From positions 3,646 to 67,645 of the IMG/VR virus record IMGVR_UViG_3300020374_000579: DNA of 64,000 nucleotides; one strand, given 5' to 3'. This stretch comes from a virus. Taxonomy: Duplodnaviria > Caudoviricetes. The notes below the pieces were generated by a model that searched no databases, had not been told where the DNA came from, and saw nothing but the letters and a program-made list of their open reading frames with translations. Of the stretch, positions 1-9,835 are shown piece by piece. The number at the start of each line of letters is the position of its first letter. Within the stretch, counting starts at the first letter, position 1. A program made the translations under genes and the position numbers.

Positions 1-21
1 GAACCGTGCAAATGACTTTTA

Positions 22-1119
22 TTATAAACTAAAACCTTTAAAAGTATTGTCGTCAACGTCCTGTTTAGTTCCGCCAATAACATAACTACTGATTTCTGTT
101 TCTTGAGGTGCTACTTGTACACTACCGCCAGTAATCCATGCTTGAGTCCAAGGTAAAGGATTTGTACCTGTGTTAAACGGAGTTTCCAATTGAACTGCTC
201 TCATTCTTTTACCTGCTATAAATTCTATGTATTGTTTTAGCAGTTCTGCATTAAGACCAATTATAGAACCATCTTTGAACAAGTAATCTGCCCATTGTTT
301 TTCTTGTTCAACTGCATCAAGGAACATTTGAGTACATTCTTCTTTTAGTTCTTTTGCAATTTTAACATAGTCTTTATCATCTTGCGGTAAAATTTTAAGC
401 ATTTGTTGTGTACTTGCTAAGTGAACATTTTCATCTCTAGCAATTAGTTTGATAATTTTAGCATTACCTTCCATTTTCTTAAGTTCAGCAAATGCCCAAC
501 TACATGCAAACGAAACATAAAAACGTACACCTTCTAATATGTTTACACTCATTATACATTTATACAATGCTTTCTTATGTTCATATTCATCATAACTTTG
601 TAAGCCACGTTCTCTTGCTTGATTTTGTTCTATTAGTTTGTCGTAGTTTTCTGTAATTGCATCTGAACAATCTGTAATTTCTTTGATGTTTAACATATTG
701 TCAAAAACTTTACTTGGGTCAGAATATACATTTCTAATAATATGTGTATAACTTCTGCTGTGGATAGTTTCACTAAATGCCCATGTCTCAATCCAAGTTT
801 CTAATTCAGGAACACTTACCACAGGCAATAATGCTAAATTGGGAGAACGACCTTGTACACTATCAAGTATAATTTGTCGTTTTAAATTACTAGTAAAAAT
901 ATGTTTTTCAAAATCTGTTAGTTCTTTAAAGTCTTTTGCATCTTTAAGAATATCTACTTCTTCAGGTCTCCAAAAGAAACCAAGTTGTTTTTCAGTTAAT
1001 TTTTCAAACTGCTTATATTTGACCACATCAAATCTTTGAACATTAACTCCACCGTTAGGGTCCAAAAACATTTTTGCTTTTGTATGATGTTTTTTATTTT
1101 TTGCATTAAATACCGTCAT
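22..1119 (-). CDS. nrdB: Ribonucleotide reductase class Ia beta subunit
   Basis: 365 aa; FFWRPEEVD, DSVQGR, ETIHSRSY (radical Tyr), ARDENVH and C-terminal APQETEISSY tail. Confidence 0.98.
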   Translation of the reverse strand: MTVFNAKNKKHHTKAKMFLDPNGGVNVQRFDVVKYKQFEKLTEKQLGFFWRPEEVDILKDAKDFKELTDFEKHIFTSNLKRQIILDSVQGRSPNLALLPVVSVPELETWIETWAFSETIHSRSYTHIIRNVYSDPSKVFDNMLNIKEITDCSDAITENYDKLIEQNQARERGLQSYDEYEHKKALYKCIMSVNILEGVRFYVSFACSWAFAELKKMEGNAKIIKLIARDENVHLASTQQMLKILPQDDKDYVKIAKELKEECTQMFLDAVEQEKQWADYLFKDGSIIGLNAELLKQYIEFIAGKRMRAVQLETPFNTGTNPLPWTQAWITGGSVQVAPQETEISSYVIGGTKQDVDDNTFKGFSL

Positions 1120-3425
1120 TATATCTTACAACTATCGCAATCGTCCTCATCTAATAATATTTCTGATGATTCAATAAATGTAGGCACATGTGCTTCTGCA
1201 TTCATTTTATCTATATCAATCTCACCTTGCCCATCATGTGTGTTATTATAATACAACTGTTTGCCACCATATTTATAAAACATAACAAGGTGTTGTAATA
1301 ACAAACTCATAGGTACTTTTTCATCATCAAAGTGTACTGGATTGTAAGATGTATTTACCGAAATACCCTGGTCTATGTACTTTTGTAGGACTGCCATAAT
1401 TTTAAGATATCCTTCTGGTGACTTTTGGTCCCATAGTAAATCATATTTGTTTTTTAGTCTTGGGAAGCCTGGCACTACTTGTTTAAGTACACCATGCTTA
1501 CTTTGTTTAATACTGACATAACTTCTTGGTGGTTCTATTCCATTTGTACTGTTACTAATTTGTGCTGATGTTTCTGCAGGCATCAATGCCATCAACGTAC
1601 TATTTCTAATACCATGTTCTTTCAAATCTTTTCTCAATTCGTCCCAATCAGCACGTTCAACATGTTTAATTAATTCATCAACATCTTTTTTGTAAGTCAT
1701 GTTTGGTGTTATACCTTGTCCATATTTTGTTTCATTGCTTAAAGGACATGCACCTTTTTCTTTTGCTAATTCATTACTTGCTTTAATTAAATAGTAACTC
1801 CATGCTTCTGTCCATGTGTCTACCATTTCTAAATCTGGCTCTTGATATGTGCTACCATTCTTAGCCATCCAATATGCAAAGTTAATAATACCTATACCTA
1901 GTGGACGTCTGTTCATAGTGCTACGCCTTGCCGCTTCTACTGGATACTCTTGATAGTCTAACAATTCATCTAAACCTCTAACTGCCAAATCACAAACATT
2001 TTCCATAGACTCTAAACTTTTTATGGCACCCCAATTCACAGCACTTAATGTACACAAACTAATTTCACCTTCAGAATCATTTACGTCATTTAAAGGTTTA
2101 GTAGGTAAATCTATTTCGCAACACAGATTACTTTGTTTAATTGGTGCTAGTTCTTCTAAAAATGCTCCATGTGTATTTGCATGGTCAACATTTTGTAAAT
2201 AAATTCTTCCTGTATCTTTTCTTTCTTGTACAAATGCACTAAACAAATCTACTGCTGACATAGTTTTCTTTTTAATACTTGTTTTACGTTCTGCCGCTTC
2301 ATATAGTTCTTTAAACTTATCTTGGTTATTAAAGAAAGCATCATATACTTCTGGAACATCATGTGGGGAGAATAAAGTTATATTGCCGCCTTCAATTAAT
2401 CTTTCATACATAAGTTTGTTAAACTGTACACCATAATCCATATGACGCACTCTATTATCTTCTGTACCTTTATTATTTTTAAGTACAAGCATATCTTCAA
2501 TTTCTAAATGCCAAATAGGATAATATAGTGTAGCCGCTCCGCCTCTTACTCCGCCTTGGCTACAACTTTTTACAGCAGATTGAAATAATTTATAGAAGGG
2601 GATAACTCCTGTGTGAGTTGCGTCTCCACTCCTAATTTTAGAACCAATTGCTCTAATACTACCTGCACCTATACCAATACCTGCTTTTTGACTTACATAC
2701 TTAACAATAGCACTACTTGTTGCATTAATGCTATCTAAACTATCATCCGTTTCTATTAATACGCAACTGCTAAATTGTCTTTGAGGTGTTCTTACTCCAG
2801 CCATAACTGGTGTAGGCAAAGAAATTTTAAAACGTGATATAGCATCATAGTATCTTTTAATATAAGACATTCTTGTGTCAGCAGGATATTTTGCAAATAA
2901 TGTAGCCGCAATCATCATATATGCAACTTGTGGAGTTTCAAATATTTCACCAGTTGCTCTATTTTGTACTAGATACTTGCCACGGAATTGTTCCATAGCC
3001 GCATAAGTTAGATACTCATCTCTACTATGGTCTATAAAATTTTGTAGTTCATTGATTTCTTCTTTAGTAAAAAGTTCTGTAAATTCGGGATCATAAAAAC
3101 CTGCATCTATATTATCTTGGACAATGTCACACAAACAAGGTGGTTCAAATGTTTCATACACTTGTTTACGCAAATGATAATTGATTAATCTTCCTGCTAC
3201 ATATTGATAGTTAGGAGTTTCTTCACATATAAGGTCTGCGGCACTTTTAATAAGTGTTTCTTGAATATCTTCTGTTTTTATAGAATCAAAGAATTGAATC
3301 TGACTGTTTATTTCTACTTGTGAAGCACTAACACCAGTAATATCTTCACAAGCATACATAACGACTTTGTGCAACTTGTCTATGTTTAAATCTTCAAGTT
3401 GACCATCTCTTTTCTGTACCTGCAT
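1119..3425 (-). CDS. nrdA: Ribonucleotide reductase class Ia alpha subunit with ATP-cone
   Basis: 768 aa; N-terminal ATP-cone, QFSSCVL, SNLCCEI, C-terminal CDSCKI; stop overlaps the nrdB start. Confidence 0.98.
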   Translation of the reverse strand: MQVQKRDGQLEDLNIDKLHKVVMYACEDITGVSASQVEINSQIQFFDSIKTEDIQETLIKSAADLICEETPNYQYVAGRLINYHLRKQVYETFEPPCLCDIVQDNIDAGFYDPEFTELFTKEEINELQNFIDHSRDEYLTYAAMEQFRGKYLVQNRATGEIFETPQVAYMMIAATLFAKYPADTRMSYIKRYYDAISRFKISLPTPVMAGVRTPQRQFSSCVLIETDDSLDSINATSSAIVKYVSQKAGIGIGAGSIRAIGSKIRSGDATHTGVIPFYKLFQSAVKSCSQGGVRGGAATLYYPIWHLEIEDMLVLKNNKGTEDNRVRHMDYGVQFNKLMYERLIEGGNITLFSPHDVPEVYDAFFNNQDKFKELYEAAERKTSIKKKTMSAVDLFSAFVQERKDTGRIYLQNVDHANTHGAFLEELAPIKQSNLCCEIDLPTKPLNDVNDSEGEISLCTLSAVNWGAIKSLESMENVCDLAVRGLDELLDYQEYPVEAARRSTMNRRPLGIGIINFAYWMAKNGSTYQEPDLEMVDTWTEAWSYYLIKASNELAKEKGACPLSNETKYGQGITPNMTYKKDVDELIKHVERADWDELRKDLKEHGIRNSTLMALMPAETSAQISNSTNGIEPPRSYVSIKQSKHGVLKQVVPGFPRLKNKYDLLWDQKSPEGYLKIMAVLQKYIDQGISVNTSYNPVHFDDEKVPMSLLLQHLVMFYKYGGKQLYYNNTHDGQGEIDIDKMNAEAHVPTFIESSEILLDEDDCDSCKI

Positions 3426-3455
3426 GTGTTTGTCCTATATTTATTTGTTCTTTGT

Positions 3456-3484
3456 AGTATAACACCAGACACGAAAAGAGTCAA
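3456..3484 (-). promoter_or_regulatory. Sigma70-like early promoter for nrdAB
   Basis: TTGACT-N17-TATACT with extended -10 TG. Confidence 0.7.
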
Positions 3485-3487
3485 CTG

Positions 3488-3913
3488 TTATATTATGGGA
3501 ATGTAAAGACTTTTGAAGTCTTTAAGTGTGATAGAATGTGCAACTAATTCATCTAGGGAATTGGTCTGACCTGGTGTCAAGTTGTACACCTTATCAGCAT
3601 GTATAAACACCGCTCCATCATTTCCTGTAACATGATTACTTATCACTTTCCAGGTAGTTTCGTTAGGATTCAGGTATTTTAAATTGCCTAATGTTTGGTA
3701 CAATAAAATTGCTATTCCTGTTGAACAAAAGTAGCCATGCTCTAGTATTTCAAATGCATTGGGCCAGTCTTTAGGTGTCCAATAATCTAGGTATCTTTGA
3801 CGTATTTTTACTTGGGAAAATGCTTCTAGAACTGCTTCTTCGCTTGGTGCGTTCTGCCTAAGTTCTCTCCACTGATTCAAACGACGAGTGACGTCGGTAG
3901 TTTTTTCAAACAT
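3488..3913 (-). CDS. Hypothetical protein (141 aa)
   Basis: Co-oriented ORF filling the gap between flanking genes; no confident family. Confidence 0.75.
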   Translation of the reverse strand: MFEKTTDVTRRLNQWRELRQNAPSEEAVLEAFSQVKIRQRYLDYWTPKDWPNAFEILEHGYFCSTGIAILLYQTLGNLKYLNPNETTWKVISNHVTGNDGAVFIHADKVYNLTPGQTNSLDELVAHSITLKDFKSLYIPII

Positions 3914-3923
3914 TGTTTACTGT

Positions 3924-6602
3924 CTACTGTGATTTCCATCTACGCACAATGTACTTCATTACAACATTAGATGTTGTTGGTGTAAGGTCATTGTTACAAC
4001 CAATGCTTATAGTACCATTTGCCATACTTGCTGAGAATGACAAATTACCTGTTATGTTAGCATCTTTGTTTTCTGTAGATATATCATTAATTGTTACAAC
4101 ACCATTAGCAACACCATTTGCTTGTACGTCAGCACTTGGGTTACCATGATACATAAGTGTACCTACTCTATTGTAGTATCTTGACACGTTTGCATTACTT
4201 GGATCTAGTGTTGTACCTACAAGCGAATAATCTACATATAGTGTATCATATATACTTGCATCTGATCCTAAGTTAGTAAGTGTTACATTTCCTGTACCAA
4301 TGGATAATTGTTGTGGTTGTGTAAACGTACTAACTGACTGCCCACTTTCTTGAGCGGCAGTTGTTAATAATTCTATATTTGTTTTAACAGTTGTAAGTCC
4401 ACGTTTGTCTGGATTTGTAGTATTAAAATAAAGTTTGTTTACAATTTCTGCAAAATGTCCTGCTTCATCATTACTGTTAAAATCTATCTCACCATTAGTT
4501 GTATCAATGTCAACTAACCATGAATCAAAAGTTTCTGTACTGTAAGGTTCATTTATAAACACATTTGAAAGAATGTTTACTTTTTCATCGCCTAATACAC
4601 CTGGATTTGCAGAAGTATTGCCAATTGGATTCTTGAACCATTTTTCTAATTTTGATTTAACTGTGTGGTCTTTTCTAGTAAAGTGACCTTCACTTAATCC
4701 TAATGCTGTCCATGTATTGCTATCATTTTGTGGATCATCGAATAATCTATATTGTGTTTGGTCATTACTGTAAATATAAATTTGGTCATTTATATCTGGT
4801 TTTAAACTTACTCTGAACCACTGTTGTTTACCATTTACTAATGCTATTGCACCATTAAGTGTACTTGTTCCTGAAAGGTCTAATAAGTATGCTGGTTTTA
4901 CAGTTAGTCCATCTGCTGATGTTAAGTTTGTAATAAACGGACTCATGTTTCCTGTTACATTTGCAGTAACACTTGCCGCACTTACAAAGAATGTGTTATT
5001 TGTTGTTGTATCCTGGTCGCCTACTGTTTCGACTTCCGTGTTTGCACTAGCGGCACCAACTGCCGCACTAAAGACAACATTTGATGTTGTCGGAATGCCA
5101 TGACTTAAACTGAATATTTGCACATTAGCAACATTACCGCCATGGTTAATAAAATCTAAACCGCCTGGAATAGATGTAGTTTGTCCTGATTCTGTGACTT
5201 GGAAAGTTCCAGCACCTGCATTAAGACTTGAAATTGTATATGGTGCATTTGTAAAATTAGTTGCATTTGCTCCTACAAATCTTACTTTGTCACCGTTTGT
5301 TAATCCTTCAACGTTACCTGCTACAGTAATAGTACCACTACCTGTTGTTGTAACTGCTCTAGCAGTTTGGAAAGCATTTGCTGGAGTTGATACTGTAAAT
5401 GTAGTACCAACACTATTTGCTTCTATTGGCAATAATTTTTGATGGAAGTAATGCTGGGTTTCTATTTGTGTATTACCTGCTACAGCACTACCTGATTGTC
5501 CTTCTAACCAAACATATCCGTTATAACCACCACTTGCATTTGCATAGGCTGTAAATGTTACACTATCAGCACCCATATCAAATGTGCTTAATTCTCCACC
5601 GTGTACTGTACCACTCTTAGTAGAACTTACGTTGCTTATACCTGTATAAATTTGTAGTGAAGAATTTGCTGGATCTGGACTAAACAATGCTGGGTCAAGT
5701 GGATCTTTAACAAGAACAACATTACCCAATGTTACGTCTGCCACATTTGCTATACCACTTCCTTCTTGTACAACATCTATATGTTTTGTTTCTAAACCAA
5801 TAAAGCCACTACCTGTTTCTGGATTAACTAAAACTAATTCTGCATTTAGATATCTATATTCAGGTATGCTCATTTGTGTATGGAAACCAGTTACAGTAGC
5901 ACCGTTGGCTATAACACTATTTGCAATAGCATGGTTTACATGACTGTTACCATAATATGTTATTGCAACTTGTTGTGAATTAGTTGGTGCAGTTCTTAAA
6001 TAAAGTGTATGACTATCACCTGTAGCATTACCTGAAACAAAGTTATAATCATAAGAAGCATTTACAGTAGCACCTGTACCACTGCTATCTCCTAATTGTT
6101 TTTTACCGTCTATTAAAACTGTAATGTCATCTGCATCAAAGGCTTTCGCTGTTCTGTTTTGATTAACTACAGAATTGCCTGAATTAGCAACTGTTATATC
6201 AAACGTTGTTCTTGCAACATTACTATTGTCTGATAGGTTGTATGACGTAGATGTATTTGCTACCCAAGATTGAGTTTTGCTTACACCATCAAATGTACCA
6301 CTACCTTTAACAAATCTAATGTGTGGTACTTCAAATTTAACAATTTGAGTGTTTGCAATATTTAAACTTCTAGCCTGTGCGCCTAGTGTATTTTCTAAAT
6401 ATACAGTTTTGTTATAAGTTTTACTGATAGTGTCATCAGTATCAGCACCAATGTAGACTTGTCTACTATCCGTAGCAAAACCAATTTCACCCGGTCTTAA
6501 CGGATGTGGTAAATCTTGCTTCAGTCCTCTTCTTTGCTGAATTCTGCTTATAATTACTTTTAAATTTGCATCGTCCTGGTGTGACACTATATATAACTCC
6601 AA
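3924..6602 (-). CDS. Tail/baseplate fibre-like virion protein; true start may be the GTG a few codons in
   Basis: N-terminal RIQQRRG...LRPGEIGFATDSRQVYIG resembles Mtd-N/fibre attachment motifs; G/S/T/N-rich beta-type body; late promoter upstream. Confidence 0.7.
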   Translation of the reverse strand: MELYIVSHQDDANLKVIISRIQQRRGLKQDLPHPLRPGEIGFATDSRQVYIGADTDDTISKTYNKTVYLENTLGAQARSLNIANTQIVKFEVPHIRFVKGSGTFDGVSKTQSWVANTSTSYNLSDNSNVARTTFDITVANSGNSVVNQNRTAKAFDADDITVLIDGKKQLGDSSGTGATVNASYDYNFVSGNATGDSHTLYLRTAPTNSQQVAITYYGNSHVNHAIANSVIANGATVTGFHTQMSIPEYRYLNAELVLVNPETGSGFIGLETKHIDVVQEGSGIANVADVTLGNVVLVKDPLDPALFSPDPANSSLQIYTGISNVSSTKSGTVHGGELSTFDMGADSVTFTAYANASGGYNGYVWLEGQSGSAVAGNTQIETQHYFHQKLLPIEANSVGTTFTVSTPANAFQTARAVTTTGSGTITVAGNVEGLTNGDKVRFVGANATNFTNAPYTISSLNAGAGTFQVTESGQTTSIPGGLDFINHGGNVANVQIFSLSHGIPTTSNVVFSAAVGAASANTEVETVGDQDTTTNNTFFVSAASVTANVTGNMSPFITNLTSADGLTVKPAYLLDLSGTSTLNGAIALVNGKQQWFRVSLKPDINDQIYIYSNDQTQYRLFDDPQNDSNTWTALGLSEGHFTRKDHTVKSKLEKWFKNPIGNTSANPGVLGDEKVNILSNVFINEPYSTETFDSWLVDIDTTNGEIDFNSNDEAGHFAEIVNKLYFNTTNPDKRGLTTVKTNIELLTTAAQESGQSVSTFTQPQQLSIGTGNVTLTNLGSDASIYDTLYVDYSLVGTTLDPSNANVSRYYNRVGTLMYHGNPSADVQANGVANGVVTINDISTENKDANITGNLSFSASMANGTISIGCNNDLTPTTSNVVMKYIVRRWKSQ

Positions 6603-6616
6603 TTACGTTTATGTAT

Positions 6617-6625
6617 GTATTTATC
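6617..6625 (-). promoter_or_regulatory. T4-like late promoter (GATAAATAC)
   Basis: Core ATAAATA recurs upstream of about 18 late-type genes and resembles T4 TATAAATA. Confidence 0.7.
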
Positions 6626-6651
6626 ATTTCCGCAGAAATGTGGAGTGCTAA

Positions 6652-7674
6652 TTAAAGTTGGGTTATGAGTTTGCCGAACTTTTTATTGGAATCTGTGTCG
6701 TAAATAAAGAATTGATCCACATATTGCTGTGGCATAGAGTCTATGCCTTCTCTAAATTCATATAAAGGCACAATGTTTTCATAATTATCATCTATAAATT
6801 TTAAGTATTCATCTCTCCATTCATCTATAGAAAACCTCCAAGCACAACCATGAATATGTGCATTTTTATGAATAATTGCTTGTATATTAGGTCCTAATGT
6901 TTGCATTACAGAATTATAATGTTTCATGCCGCCACACATTGTAATATCCGAATCATTGTTTAGATGCCATACACCAACTGCAAATCTTTCATTATCTACA
7001 TTGGCATGATAATAATCTATACCGTTTGGAAAGTTTTTTTCAAATAATTTATGTATTCGTGCAAGTCCACCTTTTGCTGGAAGAAGCACACCAACTCCAC
7101 CTATATTATCTATATAATCTACTTTTTCTTGTGTACTAGTAACACCATAAACTTGCAGTCCCATGAGTTTTGCAAATTGCACAAACAAATGACCTACTCC
7201 GCCAGTAGCACCATCTATTACAATAGTATCTTCACTAGTTAAATTTTTTATTTGTGTTAAAGAAAAATATGCTGTAACACCTACTAAACCATATATAGAA
7301 AGATAATCTAATAATTTATGATTGTCTGGTATAACTTTTGTAAACTCGTTATCATCTTCTTCACTTAAAATAGTATGTGTTCTCCAACCATGTCTATGTA
7401 ATAAGTTTGTGCCTACTGGAAACTTACTATTCTTACTTTCTATGACTGTGCCAACAGCATCACCTTGAATGGGTTCACCGGGCATTGTATTAAAAACATT
7501 ATTAGGTCTATATATCATAGTGGATCGAACATATGGATCAGTACTAAGATATTTGTTTTCTACAAGAACTTGACCTTCTTGCAATTCAGGTATTTCTACA
7601 TCAAGAACAGTAAAGTCTTCAACTTTAATTGCTCCAGAAACTTCGCTACTTAATCTTACTTGTTTTGATATCAT
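6652..7674 (-). CDS. NADP-dependent oxidoreductase, MDR superfamily (prostaglandin reductase/CurA-like)
   Basis: YLSTDPYVR, GLVGVTAYFSL, DGATGGVG Rossmann motif; 340 aa. Confidence 0.85.
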   Translation of the reverse strand: MISKQVRLSSEVSGAIKVEDFTVLDVEIPELQEGQVLVENKYLSTDPYVRSTMIYRPNNVFNTMPGEPIQGDAVGTVIESKNSKFPVGTNLLHRHGWRTHTILSEEDDNEFTKVIPDNHKLLDYLSIYGLVGVTAYFSLTQIKNLTSEDTIVIDGATGGVGHLFVQFAKLMGLQVYGVTSTQEKVDYIDNIGGVGVLLPAKGGLARIHKLFEKNFPNGIDYYHANVDNERFAVGVWHLNNDSDITMCGGMKHYNSVMQTLGPNIQAIIHKNAHIHGCAWRFSIDEWRDEYLKFIDDNYENIVPLYEFREGIDSMPQQYVDQFFIYDTDSNKKFGKLITQL

Positions 7675-8345
7675 CCGAACTTGCTGTAATATTCTTCAAG
7701 CCTTTGTGCCCAAAGGTCACAATACATTTCGAATCTTGCACCTTCTATAACAAACTCTTTGAATTTTACATCTCTACTAACCATAAGTATAACACCTTTT
7801 TTAATGTTAGTGCCATACATTTCATTGTGTGCTAATGCGTATGCACAACATTGTAAATAATAGTCTTCAATCCATTCTTCTTTTTTAATTTTTTTACTTG
7901 TTTTGAAATCTATAATTGCTTCTTCGCCTTTGTGCATACCAATACAATCTGTTGTTCCTGCATAAAGTCCTGGAGCAATCAAACCTATTTCAGTACCCCA
8001 AACTTCGTCAACATTTTTGAATCCTTCATTTATAACTAGTTCACTCATATCTTTTGCCATAACACTTACCATGTTATTACCAAAAGTTACATCTTCTCCA
8101 AGTATATGTTTTTCTAATGCATCGTGTACTTTTGTACCTAGTCCAGCACTTTCTTTACTGACACGATTTGCTTCTGCATCGCCTACTCTTTTACGCCAGG
8201 CAATAAGAGCAGTCTTATCAGATGTTTTATCTAATACTGTTGTTACACTAGGAACAGGTATATTGTCATCTCCAACATACTTTCTGCCTTCCGCAGTTGT
8301 AACTCTTTCTAACTTTTTATACTGTATCTTTTCTGTAAGTAGCAT
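7671..8345 (-). CDS. PD-(D/E)XK exonuclease (phage exonuclease A/Cas4-like)
   Basis: PSVTTVL, GTKVH, YAGTTDC...IIDFKTS, YYLQCCAYA. Confidence 0.88.
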   Translation of the reverse strand: MLLTEKIQYKKLERVTTAEGRKYVGDDNIPVPSVTTVLDKTSDKTALIAWRKRVGDAEANRVSKESAGLGTKVHDALEKHILGEDVTFGNNMVSVMAKDMSELVINEGFKNVDEVWGTEIGLIAPGLYAGTTDCIGMHKGEEAIIDFKTSKKIKKEEWIEDYYLQCCAYALAHNEMYGTNIKKGVILMVSRDVKFKEFVIEGARFEMYCDLWAQRLEEYYSKFG

Positions 8346-8364
8346 ATAAGATCCTTAATTTACT

Positions 8365-8393
8365 ATTTTATACTATATTGTGTTGTTTGTCAA
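8365..8393 (-). promoter_or_regulatory. Sigma70-like early promoter
   Basis: TTGACA-N17-TAAAAT, overlapping the end of the upstream ORF. Confidence 0.65.
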
Positions 8394-9452
8394 CATATAA
8401 TCTGCTATTTTATCATGCCATTCTGTGCCAAAATGTACAAAATCTCTAGCAGTATGTTTATGCCATTTTGTAATATCTTCATTACATTCATTAGCAATTT
8501 TTAATTTTGGAATCATGTGTTTAAAAATAAACATCCAATTGGGAACATGTAAATCTTTTTCGTAACACCACTTAACAGTAGTAAAAGTATTATTATCCCA
8601 TAAATGTAATTCTATATCATTTAGTAAACAAAAACTAGTCAGTGCCTGAGTAGCAACCCATCTATAAAATTGTCTAGTGTTTTGGTTTAAAGATGCTCCC
8701 ACATTTTCAAATTGTTTTAAAAAATAATGTTCTCCATTTGATATACCTTCATGATATCCTTTATCAGATACTCCATTCCATCTTTCTGAATGTGGGATCA
8801 CTACATAAGCCATTTTAAATTTTTTAACTTTATACATAGATGTTAATAACAAATATGCATCTAATAGACTACCGCTTATAACAGAAGAATTATATATAGG
8901 TAAATTTAATTGTAATTTATTATACCATAAATCTTCTACTGGCAAACCCATTCCAAAAGTATTACTATCGCCAAAAACAGGCACAAATTTATTTTCATCT
9001 AAATCATCTAAACTGTAAGTGTTACGCATACCTTCTTTATTTAAAGTGTATGATATTTTTGGATATTGTTTATACCATTGCTCTTTGTCTATATCAAATA
9101 ACTCTTGATATTTTTCATTAAACTTTTGCATCCTTTTAAAAAATTTTGATTGAGAATCTTTAGTTCCACCTAATGCATTTTTTAAAGTATCAATATCTGT
9201 ATTAGGCACATCAAAGTTTATGTATGGTATAGTATATGGTAATTTATCAACCTGAATAGTGTATTCGTTTTCTTGTGAATTTAAAATAGGTAGCATATCA
9301 TCTATGATTTCATCATCACTATAATAGGCAGGATCGCCGCCTCTTGTGATTGCTTTTACTATATTATGTGCAACTTCAATATAAGGTGCATTGAATTGTT
9401 CAAATAGTTGCTTTTCGAGATGTTGGGCCGCTTGGAGTAATCTATCTTCCAT
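8373..9452 (-). CDS. SGNH/GDSL-like hydrolase or acyltransferase
   Basis: VFGDSNTFG block I and RDFVHFG (DxxH) block V. Confidence 0.65.
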   Translation of the reverse strand: MEDRLLQAAQHLEKQLFEQFNAPYIEVAHNIVKAITRGGDPAYYSDDEIIDDMLPILNSQENEYTIQVDKLPYTIPYINFDVPNTDIDTLKNALGGTKDSQSKFFKRMQKFNEKYQELFDIDKEQWYKQYPKISYTLNKEGMRNTYSLDDLDENKFVPVFGDSNTFGMGLPVEDLWYNKLQLNLPIYNSSVISGSLLDAYLLLTSMYKVKKFKMAYVVIPHSERWNGVSDKGYHEGISNGEHYFLKQFENVGASLNQNTRQFYRWVATQALTSFCLLNDIELHLWDNNTFTTVKWCYEKDLHVPNWMFIFKHMIPKLKIANECNEDITKWHKHTARDFVHFGTEWHDKIADYMLTNNTI

Positions 9453-9456
9453 GCAT

Positions 9457-9464
9457 GTATTTAT
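9457..9464 (-). promoter_or_regulatory. Late promoter, ATG 5 nt downstream
   Basis: AATAAATA-CATGC-ATG. Confidence 0.65.
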
Positions 9465-9471
9465 TTGTAGT

Positions 9472-9834
9472 TTATTGTGGGAGTTCGTCTTTTACGGCAG
9501 ACATAGCCTGGTCGCCTGCCATCTGAGCAACATCAACTGGTTCTTCTTCACCAGGTAATGCTACGTCACCTTCTGGTTCTGCTAAGTCGTTTGGTATTTT
9601 TCCTTTTGGAGTAATTACGTCTTGGTCTATATTAGCAACTACACCCATTTGCTCCATTGCGGCTTTCATTTCTTCAAAACTTAACATGAAGCCATCATCT
9701 GCTAACTTCATTCTAAATTCATCTGTTGGGATTTCGTTTTGCTCTTTGCCTAGATATTGTGCAAGTCTATCCATAATAACAACTTGCAAGTCATCGAAGT
9801 ATGCCTCTAGTAGGAATACATCACGTATTCGCAT
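9472..9834 (-). CDS. Hypothetical protein with capsid-targeting-like N-terminus
   Basis: MRIRDVFLLE/A leader; acidic 120 aa. Confidence 0.75.
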   Translation of the reverse strand: MRIRDVFLLEAYFDDLQVVIMDRLAQYLGKEQNEIPTDEFRMKLADDGFMLSFEEMKAAMEQMGVVANIDQDVITPKGKIPNDLAEPEGDVALPGEEEPVDVAQMAGDQAMSAVKDELPQ

Positions 9835-9835
9835 T

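Noticed and set aside
7671-8345. Cas4 of a CRISPR system
   Set aside because: Lacks the four-Cys Fe-S cluster pattern and any CRISPR context; fits a common phage exonuclease
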